From Nitrosopumilus sp. (GTDB lineage: Archaea > Thermoproteota > Nitrososphaeria > Nitrososphaerales > Nitrosopumilaceae): DNA of 64,000 nt. Every line of letters begins with the position of its first letter. Positions within the stretch are counted from its first letter, which is position 1. The notes beneath the pieces are model-generated. The model made no database searches. It saw only the letters and a program-made list of their open reading frames with translations, and was not told where the DNA came from. The stretch is taken from the NCBI GenBank assembly GCA_965203315.1, contig OZ241857.1, positions 1,472,001 to 1,536,000 on the forward strand. Direction: 5' to 3'. Positions 41,030 through 52,457 of this stretch are shown here, piece after piece. The translations under genes were made by a program, and so were the position numbers.

Positions 41030-42246
41030 AATAATAAACCTTGTCTCAAAAGTGTATGTATCGGAGCTACATCGTTAAATCTTTTAACCATTTCATGATC
41101 TTTTAACTTGATTAAAGTTGAAATTCCTTGTTTATCTCTATTCAATAATAGAACGTTCTTTATGGGTATATACTCTACAATATCTGGGTTGTGTGTGGTA
41201 ATGATAATTTGTTTTAATTCCGTAGCAACATCCATCAACTCAATTATTTGGCTTAACAAACTTGGATAAATACTATGTTCGGGTTCGTCAATTACTGATA
41301 CTGACGTATCTTCAAAAAACATACAGATCAATAGTGCAATAATATTTACTGTTCCGTCTGAAACAAATTGGGCAGGTATGTTTTTATCGCTACCGATCTC
41401 TTGCAGACTAAGCTCTGCTTTTCCATTATGATGTTTTATAGAAAATGCTTTCAAAAATGGCAGTAAACTTTGTATGTAATTTAAAAGCTCTTCTCTATCC
41501 TCTTTATTATTTTTTATATGCGCTAAAATATAAGCTAGATTAGATCCATTTGCACTTAATCCAGAGAAATTAGTTATAGTGGTTGGCAATTTTAGCGTAT
41601 TTGGATTTAGGTCATAGGTAGCTATGCTGTGAATAAAATGATGCCAATTTGGTAATATCTGATAAAACAAACCTTCTTGTATCAATAATTGTTCTTCGCT
41701 AGTTCGAAAGTATTCTATTATGGCTGGACGTTTTTCAGTCATAGTTTCTATTTTATCTGTAACTTTATTAAAACTGATTTTTCCTACATTTTTTGATATA
41801 GTTAATTTAGAAATATTATGTGGTTCTTTTAAAGGATCTAAATAAATGATTAAACTATCATCTAATGTGACATATTCATTCGCATCTTGAGTAAATTTTA
41901 TACAAAATTTGTAAACAATTTTGGTTGTTTTCATTTTGGTATGTTCTTCAAGTTTTTGAATATTCTCTGGAAAATCTGAAGAAAAATGTACTTCAAATGA
42001 TAACAATCTGTCTTTTGAATAAAAATTGAGTACTTGATCACTACCTCCCTGAATCAATAAGGCGTATGGCAGTCCATGCTGAATAATATCTGCAAGAAAA
42101 GAGAAAATATTTTTAAAATTGGATTTGCCTGATGCATTTTGTCCAATAATCACATTAAACCGTTCAAGATCAACATCTATGTCAAGAAAATTTTTAAAGT
42201 TATGAACTTTTAACTTGCTTATATAAAAATTGGGAGTGTCCATCAT
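41026..42246 (-). CDS. ABC-type AAA_21/AAA_15 ATPase
   Basis: NFKNF, GQNASGKSN, VSDGT signature, IDEPEHSIYP, ITTHNP. Confidence 0.9.
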   Translation of the reverse strand: MMDTPNFYISKLKVHNFKNFLDIDVDLERFNVIIGQNASGKSNFKNIFSFLADIIQHGLPYALLIQGGSDQVLNFYSKDRLLSFEVHFSSDFPENIQKLEEHTKMKTTKIVYKFCIKFTQDANEYVTLDDSLIIYLDPLKEPHNISKLTISKNVGKISFNKVTDKIETMTEKRPAIIEYFRTSEEQLLIQEGLFYQILPNWHHFIHSIATYDLNPNTLKLPTTITNFSGLSANGSNLAYILAHIKNNKEDREELLNYIQSLLPFLKAFSIKHHNGKAELSLQEIGSDKNIPAQFVSDGTVNIIALLICMFFEDTSVSVIDEPEHSIYPSLLSQIIELMDVATELKQIIITTHNPDIVEYIPIKNVLLLNRDKQGISTLIKLKDHEMVKRFNDVAPIHTLLRQGLLL

Positions 42247-42541
42247 ATTGCTATCATTTTACTCATTTATAAATTTATAATCGCTTGGTAATTTTGTAAA
42301 CATTACGCTAGTTTACCTCTCATATGACATGATTTTTGAGTTGTATGATCTGATTTTATACGTGTGCATTATCAAACTGAATATAACACTCAGAGAGATT
42401 AAATATCTCATTAACGATCATCCCTAGACATGATGCCATCTTGATGTTATAGTCATTATTTATTCTCTTGATGTTACAATAGATTTTTCGCAACAGAACT
42501 TGAATGCTATATTTATAAACAAAGAACAATATCTTAATTAT

Positions 42542-43003
42542 ATGAATATTAATCAAAAACAAGAACCGGACTATGAGACTGTAAATATCTCCTATGTTGG
42601 ACTTGTTGATCCTTCTGGTATTGAAGGCATAGTAATTCTCAAGACTGATGGTGGACGTGAGTTACACGTACGTGCATTTACGGGCGAGGTTGCACAGTAT
42701 ATTGGAATCTTTAAGACCTCTCAATACGATGAGATTCCATCCATATACAAAATGATCGAAAGTATCTGCGAAGAGAATGAGATATATCTAGTCAAAGTAA
42801 AGATATACTCTACCGGTCAAGTCTTTCGTGCAAATCTATACTTTACAGGAAGACGAGACATGATTCTACGAAACTATCGTGCATCCGACGCTATTGCTCT
42901 AGCTGCATACTACAAGATTCCTATTCTAGTCAGAAAGAACCTATTCGATGATGCAGAAGCAAATTCCTCTACTTTTATCTCTTCTATGGGCACAGACGTC
43001 TGA
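42542..43003 (+). CDS. Bifunctional nuclease domain protein (DUF151)
   Basis: VILK...F..RASDAIALA...IPILV. Confidence 0.85.
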   Translation: MNINQKQEPDYETVNISYVGLVDPSGIEGIVILKTDGGRELHVRAFTGEVAQYIGIFKTSQYDEIPSIYKMIESICEENEIYLVKVKIYSTGQVFRANLYFTGRRDMILRNYRASDAIALAAYYKIPILVRKNLFDDAEANSSTFISSMGTDV

Positions 43004-43178
43004 TAAACGTCTAGTATCTAGATCTCAACACTCGTCACAATAGATACATCTATAGATCAGAGATACACTAGACGGTGCTTCATAATTCGGCAAACTCATC
43101 ATTGTTCAGCTTAACTTGGTACTAATCATCAGCACAACTCTTGATATGTGTACTATGTGATAAGGTTTTATTTGACTT

Positions 43179-43436
43179 CTAGTATGATATTCTCCGTATA
43201 GCATATGGTTCTTTTAGCATGATCGTATTCCCTTGTGATCTCAATTCGACATGTTTCAAGTTTAGCATAGTTGTTATAACTAGAGCTTCGCAACGTGTAC
43301 ATAACATCGTATCTCCATTTGATCTCGCCTCAATGACTATGTTTGATTCTAGTCTATCCTGTTTGTTACATTTAGGACATAACAATATCCCTTTTGTGGC
43401 AAGTATTATCTCTTTCACAAATATGGTTCGTTCCAT
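43179..43436 (-). CDS. Small Zn-ribbon protein
   Basis: CPKC and CTRC pairs. Confidence 0.75.
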   Translation of the reverse strand: MERTIFVKEIILATKGILLCPKCNKQDRLESNIVIEARSNGDTMLCTRCEALVITTMLNLKHVELRSQGNTIMLKEPYAIRRISY

Positions 43437-43887
43437 GTATACTCTGTCATACAGTCTTAAAAAAAGATTGCTTGTTACTATGACTATGGCAATTTTGAGT
43501 GTAGATTATACCATCTAACCTATGGTCACAAATGAAGTTATTTTCCTGTCTGCTTTGTATATGTGTTCATAGAAAGTCTGTCTCTCACAGATAGATAAAA
43601 CTTGATTGCAATACCAAATACTAGAAAAACTAGTCGTGTTCATGACTATGATCACATAAAGTTCACATACATTCATCGTTCTAGCGTATTATTGATCATT
43701 AGATATTCTGCCTCTAGTTGGTGATAAAATTATTCAACGTAAGAGTCGTGGGCAGGCAAATTATTTTTGTTCATGGCTATAGAACTTGTGTAGCGAATAG
43801 ACCAAAACATAGTTTTGTACATCTCACTCTACAGTCCCAGTTGAATTAAAAAAGAACTATTTATTGTGCGAGTCGATTATCACAACA

Positions 43888-46035
43888 ATGAAAGTAGATG
43901 GACTCAAACTTTCGAGATCCGCAATATCCTTTCTAAAGTCACAAGGTTTCGTAGATCTATATCCTCCCCAAGCAGACAGTGTAAAGGCTGGTCTGCTACG
44001 TGGCAAGAGTCTCTTGATATCTGCTCCCACAGCTAGTGGAAAGACTATGATTGCAACACTTGCAATCTTGAGTCATTTTTCAAATAGGAATAAAAGCAAG
44101 ATAGTATATCTTGGTCCATTACGTGCACTTGCAGCTGAAAAGTATCTAGAGTTTAAGAGACTTGAAGAGGTCTCTGCTAGGATCAAGGTTGGTGTATCTA
44201 CAGGTGACTATGATCGAGCAGATCGAAGCCTCAAGAACCGTAATGTCTTGGTAATGACAAACGAAAAGATGGATGCAATAATCAGACGCGGTGACTCGTG
44301 GATAGATGATATTGGGCTAGTGATCGCAGATGAGATTCATCTGATCGGCGATGAGACTCGTGGACCTGCACTAGAGATGGTTCTCACTCGACTCAAACAA
44401 CTAGAGTCAAGACCACAGATGATCGGCCTTAGCGCTACTGTGACAAACTCTGACAAGATTGCTAAATGGCTAGGTTGCAAGTTGGTCAAGAGCAGTTGGC
44501 GACCTGTTCCACTAGCCGAAGGAGTATGTAGTGATGGTCACGTTGTAATGAACGACAGAAAAAAGTTTAGCGTAAAAAAGAGCACTCGTGGACTAGCAGT
44601 AGATCTGAGTCTTCAATCTATACAAGATGGTGGACAATCTCTAATATTTGCAGAGACCAGATCTCGTTCCAGATCTCTTGCAACAAAGGCGACTACTATA
44701 GTTGAAAAGATGTTGACAAAAGACGACATTAAACAACTAGACAAGGTATCATCCAAGATTCTTGCACGTAGCGAGAATACCGAACTTGTAAAGGCTCTTG
44801 CGGATACAGTAAAGAGTGGAGTCGCATTTCATCATGCCGGTCTAGATCAATACTGTCGAACCATTATCGAAGATGCATTTCGTCTAGGAACAATCAAACT
44901 CTTGACATCCACTCCAACTCTAGCAGCTGGAGTAAATCTTCCTGCAAGGCGAGTGATCATATCTAGTATCAACAGATATAATCCAAAACTGGGCATGAAT
45001 GCTCCAATAAGCGTTCTAGAGTACAAACAGCTCTGTGGACGTGCAGGTAGACCACAATATGATACCTGTGGTGAATCGATAATAATCAGCAGTATGGGCA
45101 TCAATCCAATCATCAAACGTTACATCAAAGGCAAACCTGAACCTATAAAGTCGACACTAGCTACAGAGTCTATAATAAATAGACAATCTGGAGGAGAGCG
45201 GTACTCGCCGCTTAGAGTTCACATGCTCGCACTAGCAGTAACTAATCCAGATATCACATACGATGAGATAGTCGAGTTCTTTTCAGAGACTCTCTGTGGT
45301 ATACAATTGTCAAAAAATACGCTAAAATCAAGGATCGATGATGCGCTAGAGTATTTAGTGATGGGGGAGTTTTTTGTAGAGAGAGACGGTCTATACTCTG
45401 CAACCAAATTTGGGACAGAGATAGCAAAGTTGTATATAGATCCCAAGACTGCCAACGACTTTAAATTCGCAATCCGAGACTTGTCCCCTAAAAGATATAC
45501 TCTAAGTTATCTACATCTGATCACACAAGCATTAGAGTTCTTTCCAAACTATTACATGCGTAGTATAGATGAAGACTCTATAGACAAACTGGTTAACACA
45601 AAATCTGGTGAATGGGTATTTCGTATAATGGAACCTCCATATTCACGCAGCATGCTAGTCTTGAATGATTGGGTAAACGAGTCTAATCATATCAAGATAT
45701 CTGAGAGGTTTGGTATAGAATCTGGTGATGTGTACAGAATGGTAGAGAATGCAGATAGACTGGCGTATTGTTTGCGAGAGATATCAAAGTATATCGATCG
45801 TGATGACATGATCGAAATATTTGATGATCTACGTAAAAGAATCAGGTATGGAATAAAGTCTGATCTCATAGATCTAGTTCAAGTCAGAGGAGTAGGACGA
45901 GTACGTGCTCGTAAATTGTACAAAAGTGGAATAAAGAGTGCTAGGGATTTGAGACGTGCACCAGTAACCAAACTTGCAAAGATCGACAACATTGGAGCCA
46001 ACCTTGCTAAAAAGCTAAAGGCTGCTGCACGATGA
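43888..46035 (+). CDS. hel308: Ski2-like DNA helicase Hel308
   Basis: PTASGKT, DEIH, LSAT, FHHAGL, TLAAGVNLPA, GRAGRP, C-terminal HhH. Confidence 0.95.
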   Translation: MKVDGLKLSRSAISFLKSQGFVDLYPPQADSVKAGLLRGKSLLISAPTASGKTMIATLAILSHFSNRNKSKIVYLGPLRALAAEKYLEFKRLEEVSARIKVGVSTGDYDRADRSLKNRNVLVMTNEKMDAIIRRGDSWIDDIGLVIADEIHLIGDETRGPALEMVLTRLKQLESRPQMIGLSATVTNSDKIAKWLGCKLVKSSWRPVPLAEGVCSDGHVVMNDRKKFSVKKSTRGLAVDLSLQSIQDGGQSLIFAETRSRSRSLATKATTIVEKMLTKDDIKQLDKVSSKILARSENTELVKALADTVKSGVAFHHAGLDQYCRTIIEDAFRLGTIKLLTSTPTLAAGVNLPARRVIISSINRYNPKLGMNAPISVLEYKQLCGRAGRPQYDTCGESIIISSMGINPIIKRYIKGKPEPIKSTLATESIINRQSGGERYSPLRVHMLALAVTNPDITYDEIVEFFSETLCGIQLSKNTLKSRIDDALEYLVMGEFFVERDGLYSATKFGTEIAKLYIDPKTANDFKFAIRDLSPKRYTLSYLHLITQALEFFPNYYMRSIDEDSIDKLVNTKSGEWVFRIMEPPYSRSMLVLNDWVNESNHIKISERFGIESGDVYRMVENADRLAYCLREISKYIDRDDMIEIFDDLRKRIRYGIKSDLIDLVQVRGVGRVRARKLYKSGIKSARDLRRAPVTKLAKIDNIGANLAKKLKAAAR

Positions 46036-46337
46036 TCTCGAACTGTTCTAGTTTGAGAGTATTGACTATTGATCATATATCTAGATTTGTAGACTAGTGT
46101 TGATTCGATACCTGGATAGCTTTACTATAGAGCCATTCTTGAACCTGATGTAACTCGAGATCATATCTGTATCTATGGTTTTGATAGATGCATCTCGCCT
46201 CATTATATTGTGATTAATGTGATCTCTAGTTGATACTGATTACATATATTTAGACTCTTTTTGAAAAAAGGTCAAAGTGTGATAGTGATGTCTATAAAGT
46301 TCAACATGAATAAAGAGGATAATTCTGGAGATGACAA

Positions 46338-47690
46338 ATGATATTTGAGACTGCCTTCGGTATAACTGCCATTCTATCCATCATACTGGGTGTACTGTGC
46401 GTCAAGATCAACAGATCGAAGGTAATTTCTGAGAGATCTAAATCTGAGCTAGAGAGTTCAAAGACAGAACTGGAGAGATTAAACATGGAATTAGAGTTTA
46501 AACTAAACTCTCTTCAAAATAGCGATGATCATATAGTGGCATTATCCAACAGGATCATATCACAAAACAATGAAGAGTTTAAGAGAACTGCAACTGATCC
46601 AATCAACATAACAATCAAAGATCTGAACGCAAAGATAGAAAAGATGACAACAGAGAATGAGACTAGTAAGGTTTCACTTGCTACAAATATGGAAAAGATC
46701 GCCGAGACGACAAAGAAAGATATCATAGATCTATCAAGCAGAGTTATATCACAAAACAATGAGGACTTTAAGAGAAATACAACGGATCCAATAAGTACAA
46801 CAATAAGAGATCTGAACGAAAAGATAGAAAAGATGATGAGAGACGATGCAACCAGCACAGCCTCGTTTGATACACACATGAAACATCTGGCAGAGACAAC
46901 AAAACTGTTGTTAAAAGACACAAAGACTATCTCTGATGTACTAAAAAATCCACTAAAACACGGCAGACATGCAGAACTTGGTTTGGAGCGCGTATTCGAA
47001 TTGTCGGGTCTGCATAAAGGCATACATTATCGTGTTCAAGAGACAACAGAGTCAGGAAGACCTGACTTTATAATAACACTATCTGAAGAGCGTTCTTTCA
47101 TCGTTGATTCAAAAGCTCCGTTAGCTGCATTGTGGTCTGCTTTTAATACTGATGATGAAGCTACTAGGTCTGCAGATCTTGACAAGCATGTACAAAATGT
47201 AAAAAAACACATCAACGACTTGTCAAAAAAGGAGTATTGGATGTCAAAAGAGTCATCTATAGATTATGTGATTATGGTGATGCATGAATATGCATTAATG
47301 CCTGCACTAGACAGATATCCAGAGTTGACAGAGTATGCATTAGAGAGACATGTAATACTAGTTACTCCATCTACACTTATGGTGTTGTTACATGTTGTGA
47401 TGCTAATGTGGCGTGAAAGAGATCTAGAACAAAAGATTAAAAGTATAGGCATAGAGTATTCAAATATTCATAAGCGATTAAATAAATTTGCTGAATACTA
47501 TAACACAACTGGCAAGAAACTAGCAGATGCAATATCGAGTTATAATAGTGGCATACGATCATGGGATAGATATATTCTGCCTGGCGCAGATAGGATAACA
47601 CAAGCAGGTCTAGCTGGAAATATGAAAGAGTTGGACGAAATTGATAAAACTCCGAATCAATTGCGATTGAGTGATACAGAACCGCAATAG
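46338..47690 (+). CDS. rmuC: RmuC-family DNA recombination protein with internal 63-aa duplication
   Basis: N-terminal TM, coiled coil, RPDFII.L...IVDSKAPL, LSKKEYW, VTPSTL. Confidence 0.9.
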   Translation: MIFETAFGITAILSIILGVLCVKINRSKVISERSKSELESSKTELERLNMELEFKLNSLQNSDDHIVALSNRIISQNNEEFKRTATDPINITIKDLNAKIEKMTTENETSKVSLATNMEKIAETTKKDIIDLSSRVISQNNEDFKRNTTDPISTTIRDLNEKIEKMMRDDATSTASFDTHMKHLAETTKLLLKDTKTISDVLKNPLKHGRHAELGLERVFELSGLHKGIHYRVQETTESGRPDFIITLSEERSFIVDSKAPLAALWSAFNTDDEATRSADLDKHVQNVKKHINDLSKKEYWMSKESSIDYVIMVMHEYALMPALDRYPELTEYALERHVILVTPSTLMVLLHVVMLMWRERDLEQKIKSIGIEYSNIHKRLNKFAEYYNTTGKKLADAISSYNSGIRSWDRYILPGADRITQAGLAGNMKELDEIDKTPNQLRLSDTEPQ

Positions 47691-48840
47691 TTGCAAAGGA
47701 AGAATTTATTGCAAGATTCATTGAATTTAATGTATGAGAGTGCACAATTACTGCAATCAAAACTGATCAATTTGCTCACTAGATATTATGTACAATTCGT
47801 ATAGCCTTGTGCATAACGAAAAAATCAAAACTACAAATGCCATTTCTAAAGGTAAAAATTAACAAAGCAACATGACTGCTGGATGATATTTGGAGCAATT
47901 TGAATTGTGCATGAAGCTGAAAGAGATAGAGAGTAGACTTGTGGGTTTATGATACTGTACATAAATCCTTGAAAAGTTTATTGAGAATCTAACGTAGCAG
48001 CAATTGTCTAAACTAGTCGATCATTTGATTCATACATGCGTGTTTTGGAGATCCATTGCGGAGACTCGATCAACGGAACTTCAAAAAATCTAATAACCAC
48101 TAAATCATTTACAGTATGAGGTATGACTACAATACCAAATATTCTCGATCAGGTCATTTTACATGACGCTCAGAGAAAGATTTTGGGTGATATACAGTTA
48201 ACGCAAATGTGCCTCTTCCTCGAGGTGAATGTTTGGCGGTGGCCACATTTCCATAAATTTATTTACAAATCGTTCAAGTTTCTTTTTAAATCCGTATTGC
48301 GAAATTTGTCTGCCATTCACATAAAACATATCATTCTTTTTTCGTGGATTGCGTGCGATTATCCACCCATTATAAATCGCTGAACTTAGTATATACATGA
48401 GTTTTCTCACTCTGTGATCCCTACTTGATGTTTTTAGTTTGAATCTATCGACACTGCGATATCCTGTTTCGATAATCCATCTCTTTTTGTACTTGTCAAT
48501 GTTAATTCGTGCATTGTTTGTCGCAAATGCAATATATCCAGACTCGGTTCTAGTACTCTCTTCAATGATCATCGAATACTCTGCAGCGAGACCTTTCTTT
48601 CGGTTTTTCATCGTGCGTTTTGATACTCGTTTATATTTTCCTTTACCGAATTCTTTAATACATTTTTTGACTGGAATACTTTCTTTGCAAGGCATGAGAT
48701 AAGTCAAGTGTCTTCTGTTAAACAGATCAATCACTTCTGTTATGCAGAACTCTTTATCTAGTGTGAATGTGCCTGGATTTATCCCAAATTTCTCAGTACT
48801 TCCAAATGTCTCTTTAAATAACGAAAATTATATAGAAATA

Positions 48841-48857
48841 GAAAGATCTATAAAGGG
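48841..48857 (+). promoter_or_regulatory. BRE-TATA-like promoter GAAAGATCTATAAAGGG of transposase B
   Basis: About 20 bp upstream of the TTG start; same motif precedes other transposases. Confidence 0.6.
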
Positions 48858-48873
48858 TTTCTAAAAATAACTT

Positions 48874-50025
48874 TTGTTGAAAAACAAAAATGAATTAAAT
48901 GGACAGCGATTTAGAAGACATTTAGAATATTCTCGATATACTGCATTTTTAAATGATTTAGATATTCCTGTGTCTAAAAAAAATAATGCAAAGTTTGGTA
49001 AAGAAGATGTTTTATCCATTATGTTTAAAACAGCCATGTCTAAAAGTACAATAACTGGACATTCAACTTCAATGAAAATGAGGAAAAAGCGTGCTCCATC
49101 TCCAGAATATTTTAGACTATTATTCAAAAAGGCAGCAGCTGATTTTGACAACTTTAAATTTAAAAGGTCAGTAAAAAGCAACATCGCAGCATTACAGGAT
49201 ATGGGTCGTTGGTCTAAAGAGCCAAAAGATATAGCAATTGATCTGCACAAATATGCACGATATGATGACAAAACAGATACTAAACTATGCTATGGTCCGG
49301 TTGACGACAGATATGCATTACATGAAAAGTACATGACAGCACAAGTCATAAACGAAGGCGAAACACTAGTTGTGTCAAAACATGCCATGTACAAAGGAGA
49401 CCAAAACCCCAATTTTGTGCGTAAAATCATCAAAGATTGTGAAGATCTGCGTCTGGACATTGGTAACTGGTTGATGGATCGTGAGTTTCTTACTACACAG
49501 ATCTTGCAGCTGCTGCAAGGTCGAGGTTACACATTTCTCACCATCTGTCAAAATAACGCCAAGACAAGGCGATATCTAGAAGAGTACAAACAAGGAAAAC
49601 GTAAACGAGTATCAAAACGTACGATCTCTAATGGCAAAGGCTTGTCAATGGACTATTACATGATCATAGAAGAAATTGAAAAGGATGGTAAAATAGACTA
49701 CATTCCATTTGCAACAAACAATCCAAGAATTGATACAAAAAAATACGCAAAGCGATGGGTTATTGAAACTGGATATAGGGTAGTCGATAAGATGAGATTA
49801 CCAACTACAACTAAAAATGAATCAGTAAGAGATTTGTTGTTTTCTTTTTCTCTTTTGTTTTATAATGCTTGGATCATAGCACGTAACATAGATGATGAAA
49901 ATGATCCATTGAATGTTGGTTGGTGGCACATTCCTCAACTTACGTTCAGAGATCTTGTGCTAGATTACATTGAACTCTATCGAGAAAAATGGCCTCCACC
50001 AAAGATTGCCGCTGCAGCTTGTTAA
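48874..50025 (+). CDS. ISH3-like DDE transposase B
   Basis: IAIDLH, LMDREF, FATN, YAKRWVIETGYR, YNAW. Confidence 0.9.
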   Translation: MLKNKNELNGQRFRRHLEYSRYTAFLNDLDIPVSKKNNAKFGKEDVLSIMFKTAMSKSTITGHSTSMKMRKKRAPSPEYFRLLFKKAAADFDNFKFKRSVKSNIAALQDMGRWSKEPKDIAIDLHKYARYDDKTDTKLCYGPVDDRYALHEKYMTAQVINEGETLVVSKHAMYKGDQNPNFVRKIIKDCEDLRLDIGNWLMDREFLTTQILQLLQGRGYTFLTICQNNAKTRRYLEEYKQGKRKRVSKRTISNGKGLSMDYYMIIEEIEKDGKIDYIPFATNNPRIDTKKYAKRWVIETGYRVVDKMRLPTTTKNESVRDLLFSFSLLFYNAWIIARNIDDENDPLNVGWWHIPQLTFRDLVLDYIELYREKWPPPKIAAAAC

Positions 50026-50633
50026 TAAGCAGACAGTTGGAAGTACTGAATTTCTTGGCTTTTTCGAGGATTTTACGTATACAATCAACGTTTGTGTCTT
50101 CATCTGACATGCCAAATATTGCAAACACTATTGATGACCCGTTGATGGTGATTTGAGCTGTGATGTGTTTTTGATACTGACATGTCTTTTTGTCAATCTT
50201 ACCACGATGCAGATAATCACTTTCTGTTTTATCGAACCTCAGATCCTTGTGTATATCTATTGCAATGTCTTGAACACTAGGCCAACGCCCCTTGCGTTTT
50301 AATATTCTAATTTGTTCCTTAACTATCCTATCAAACATTGCTTCTGGATCACATTCATTTACCATTTTTATGAATAATGTTCTAACCCATTCACCAGTAG
50401 GCATACCATTGTCTTTATTATTATTTGCAACATCTGCAATATTTGCTTTTGACATTATCGACTTAAACAAGAGAGAGAAAACTGTAGAAGTACCATACAT
50501 GGCATTGTAATTTTGTGATATGGGAAAAGATATTTCGGTTAACCATTTTGTAATTTTATTATCTTCAATGTATTTTGCAAACTTTCGTTCATATTTTTCA
50601 ATTTGATTTTGCAATGGTTATTGATTTTTAATA

Positions 50634-50650
50634 CCCTTTATAGATCTTTC
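50634..50650 (-). promoter_or_regulatory. BRE-TATA-like promoter GAAAGATCTATAAAGGG of transposase A
   Basis: Identical 17-mer about 20 bp upstream of the TTG start at 50614. Confidence 0.6.
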
Positions 50651-52457
50651 TATTTTTGTTTATAGGTTTTAAGATCACATTTGCGTTAACTGATATAGAG
50701 AAAGAATTGAAAAAGTATAACAAAATCGTTCTATCAGCTCCACCGGGCTTTGGCAAATCCATTATCGCAGCTGCTTTGGCAGACAAATACAAAAGTTCGT
50801 TTATCGTCACAACCACAAAACTACTTCAGGATCAATATGCGGATTTTTTCAAAGATCTCAAATCAGTTAAGGGCAAGTCAAACTTTGTTTGTTTAAAACA
50901 GATGGAACAACACAAACCGGACAGTATTATAGATCATGGTATTGCCCTTGATATGAAGATGACATGTGATACTGGAGAATGTAGGGAACAAATCACTGAA
51001 AATGGTAAAATCAAATATCAGGACTGTAAATTTAAACCGAGAATAGATGAATCCGAGTCAAAATCTTCTACTGATGTGTGTTATTATTATAAGCAAAAAT
51101 TTGATGGATTACGTAACAATCATTCGGTATGGAATTATTATTCATACTTTCAAGTGCTAACGCACGATCACAACCCCTACCTAAACTATTTAAATAGAGA
51201 AATAACCATATTTGATGAAGCCCACAACCTTGAAAGTAATATACGTGAATTTGCCAAAATTGATATTTCTACAACACAATTGCAAGAGTGTGGAATTACT
51301 TTGTGTAATTATGTCAATTATGATATGAACGACATATGTAATATCTTGTACAATATGAAGCAGTACTATTCAACTCAGATTAAGAACTTTGACAATAGTC
51401 ATGAATCTCAAAATAATTTTGTTGACAATATAATCTCGATTGAAAAAACTATAGATAAAATAAAACATAACAACGCATTCTTTTCAGATCAACATCAGAG
51501 CTTTGTTCTAAATACAAATACTCAAGAATCTTATGTATCCTTTATACCACAAGACATATCTATATATGCGCACAAGTTCTTTCATAAAAAGCATCAGATA
51601 TTCATCTCGTCATTTCTCGACTTTGATCTATTTTGTGAATCACTCAAAATACCAAAAAACATGATCAAATTTATAAATGTATCGGATCTTCAGTTTCGAT
51701 CTACAAATTACGTTAAATTCTTTGATGTAGCCCCTTTCGTTCATAATAGACCAGATATAATTTCCAAATTCTCAAGATGCGTTGATGAAATACTAGATAA
51801 ACATCATGATGAGCGAGGATTAATACTCGCATCATCTCGTAGCTTGTGTAATGAAATACTAGATGAATTATCTGTACGCAACAAGGCTAGAGTTAGGTTA
51901 TGTCACACATCAAACAATCCTAGTAACCAAACCCCCGATGAGATAATTCGAGAACACACAATTACTTCACATGGTGTTCTATTGTCATCATCTTTGTGGG
52001 ATGGTATAGATCTCAAAGATGATATATCTAGATTTCAAATAATTCTAAGCCTTCCATACACTCCACACAGTGATCCTACCGGCATGATCCATAAAGGAGA
52101 TTCGTCTTGGCGTGATACTCAAACCGCATCCAAGCTGCTGCGAGGTCTAGGTAGATCTATACGAAACGATCAAGATTGGGCAGATACATACATTCTTGAC
52201 TCTAATATTCACAAACTCCTCTCAGATGCAAGAGATACTATTCCAAAGTCATATTATGATATTTTTAATATTAAAGATGACAAAGTATCATATTTGCGTA
52301 AACTGTTTCAACACATGTTCAGAAGATAGATTCACACATCTACAATCTATCTTTATAGTTAGATGTGTGATATTTACATGATTTAATATTTTTGATCAAT
52401 GACTTATTCACACATAGACCATTTGAATTTATATGTCCAAATCTACTTGGTGTATAC

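Larger units (their letters stand above)
48794..50048 (+). mobile_element. ISH3-group element B (inner)
   Basis: TIR CAGTACTTCCAA(a/c)TGTCT; flanked by duplicated AATTTCT (or ATTTC if the ends are extended by 1 bp). Confidence 0.92.
48198..50614 (-). pseudogene. ISH3-like transposase A split by element B
   Basis: IAIDIH N-half (49946-50614) rejoins via KKFGINPGTFTLDKEF to the YKKRWIIETGYR C-half. Confidence 0.9.
48195..50692 (-). mobile_element. ISH3-group element A (outer)
   Basis: 17-bp TIR CAGTTAACGCAAATGTG; 5-bp TSD ATATA. Confidence 0.92.
48123..52329 (+). pseudogene. DinG/XPD-like helicase interrupted by nested ISH3-like elements
   Basis: MTTIPNIL..AQRKILGDI joins EKELKK..APPGFGKS in frame when the IS and TSD are removed; DEAH, Cys cluster, GRSIR. 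Confidence 0.9.

Noticed and set aside
47690-48120. Possible decayed genes here and at 43500-43860, 46040-46210 and 34330-34770
   Set aside because: Fragments with multiple stops; no family recognisable without a search
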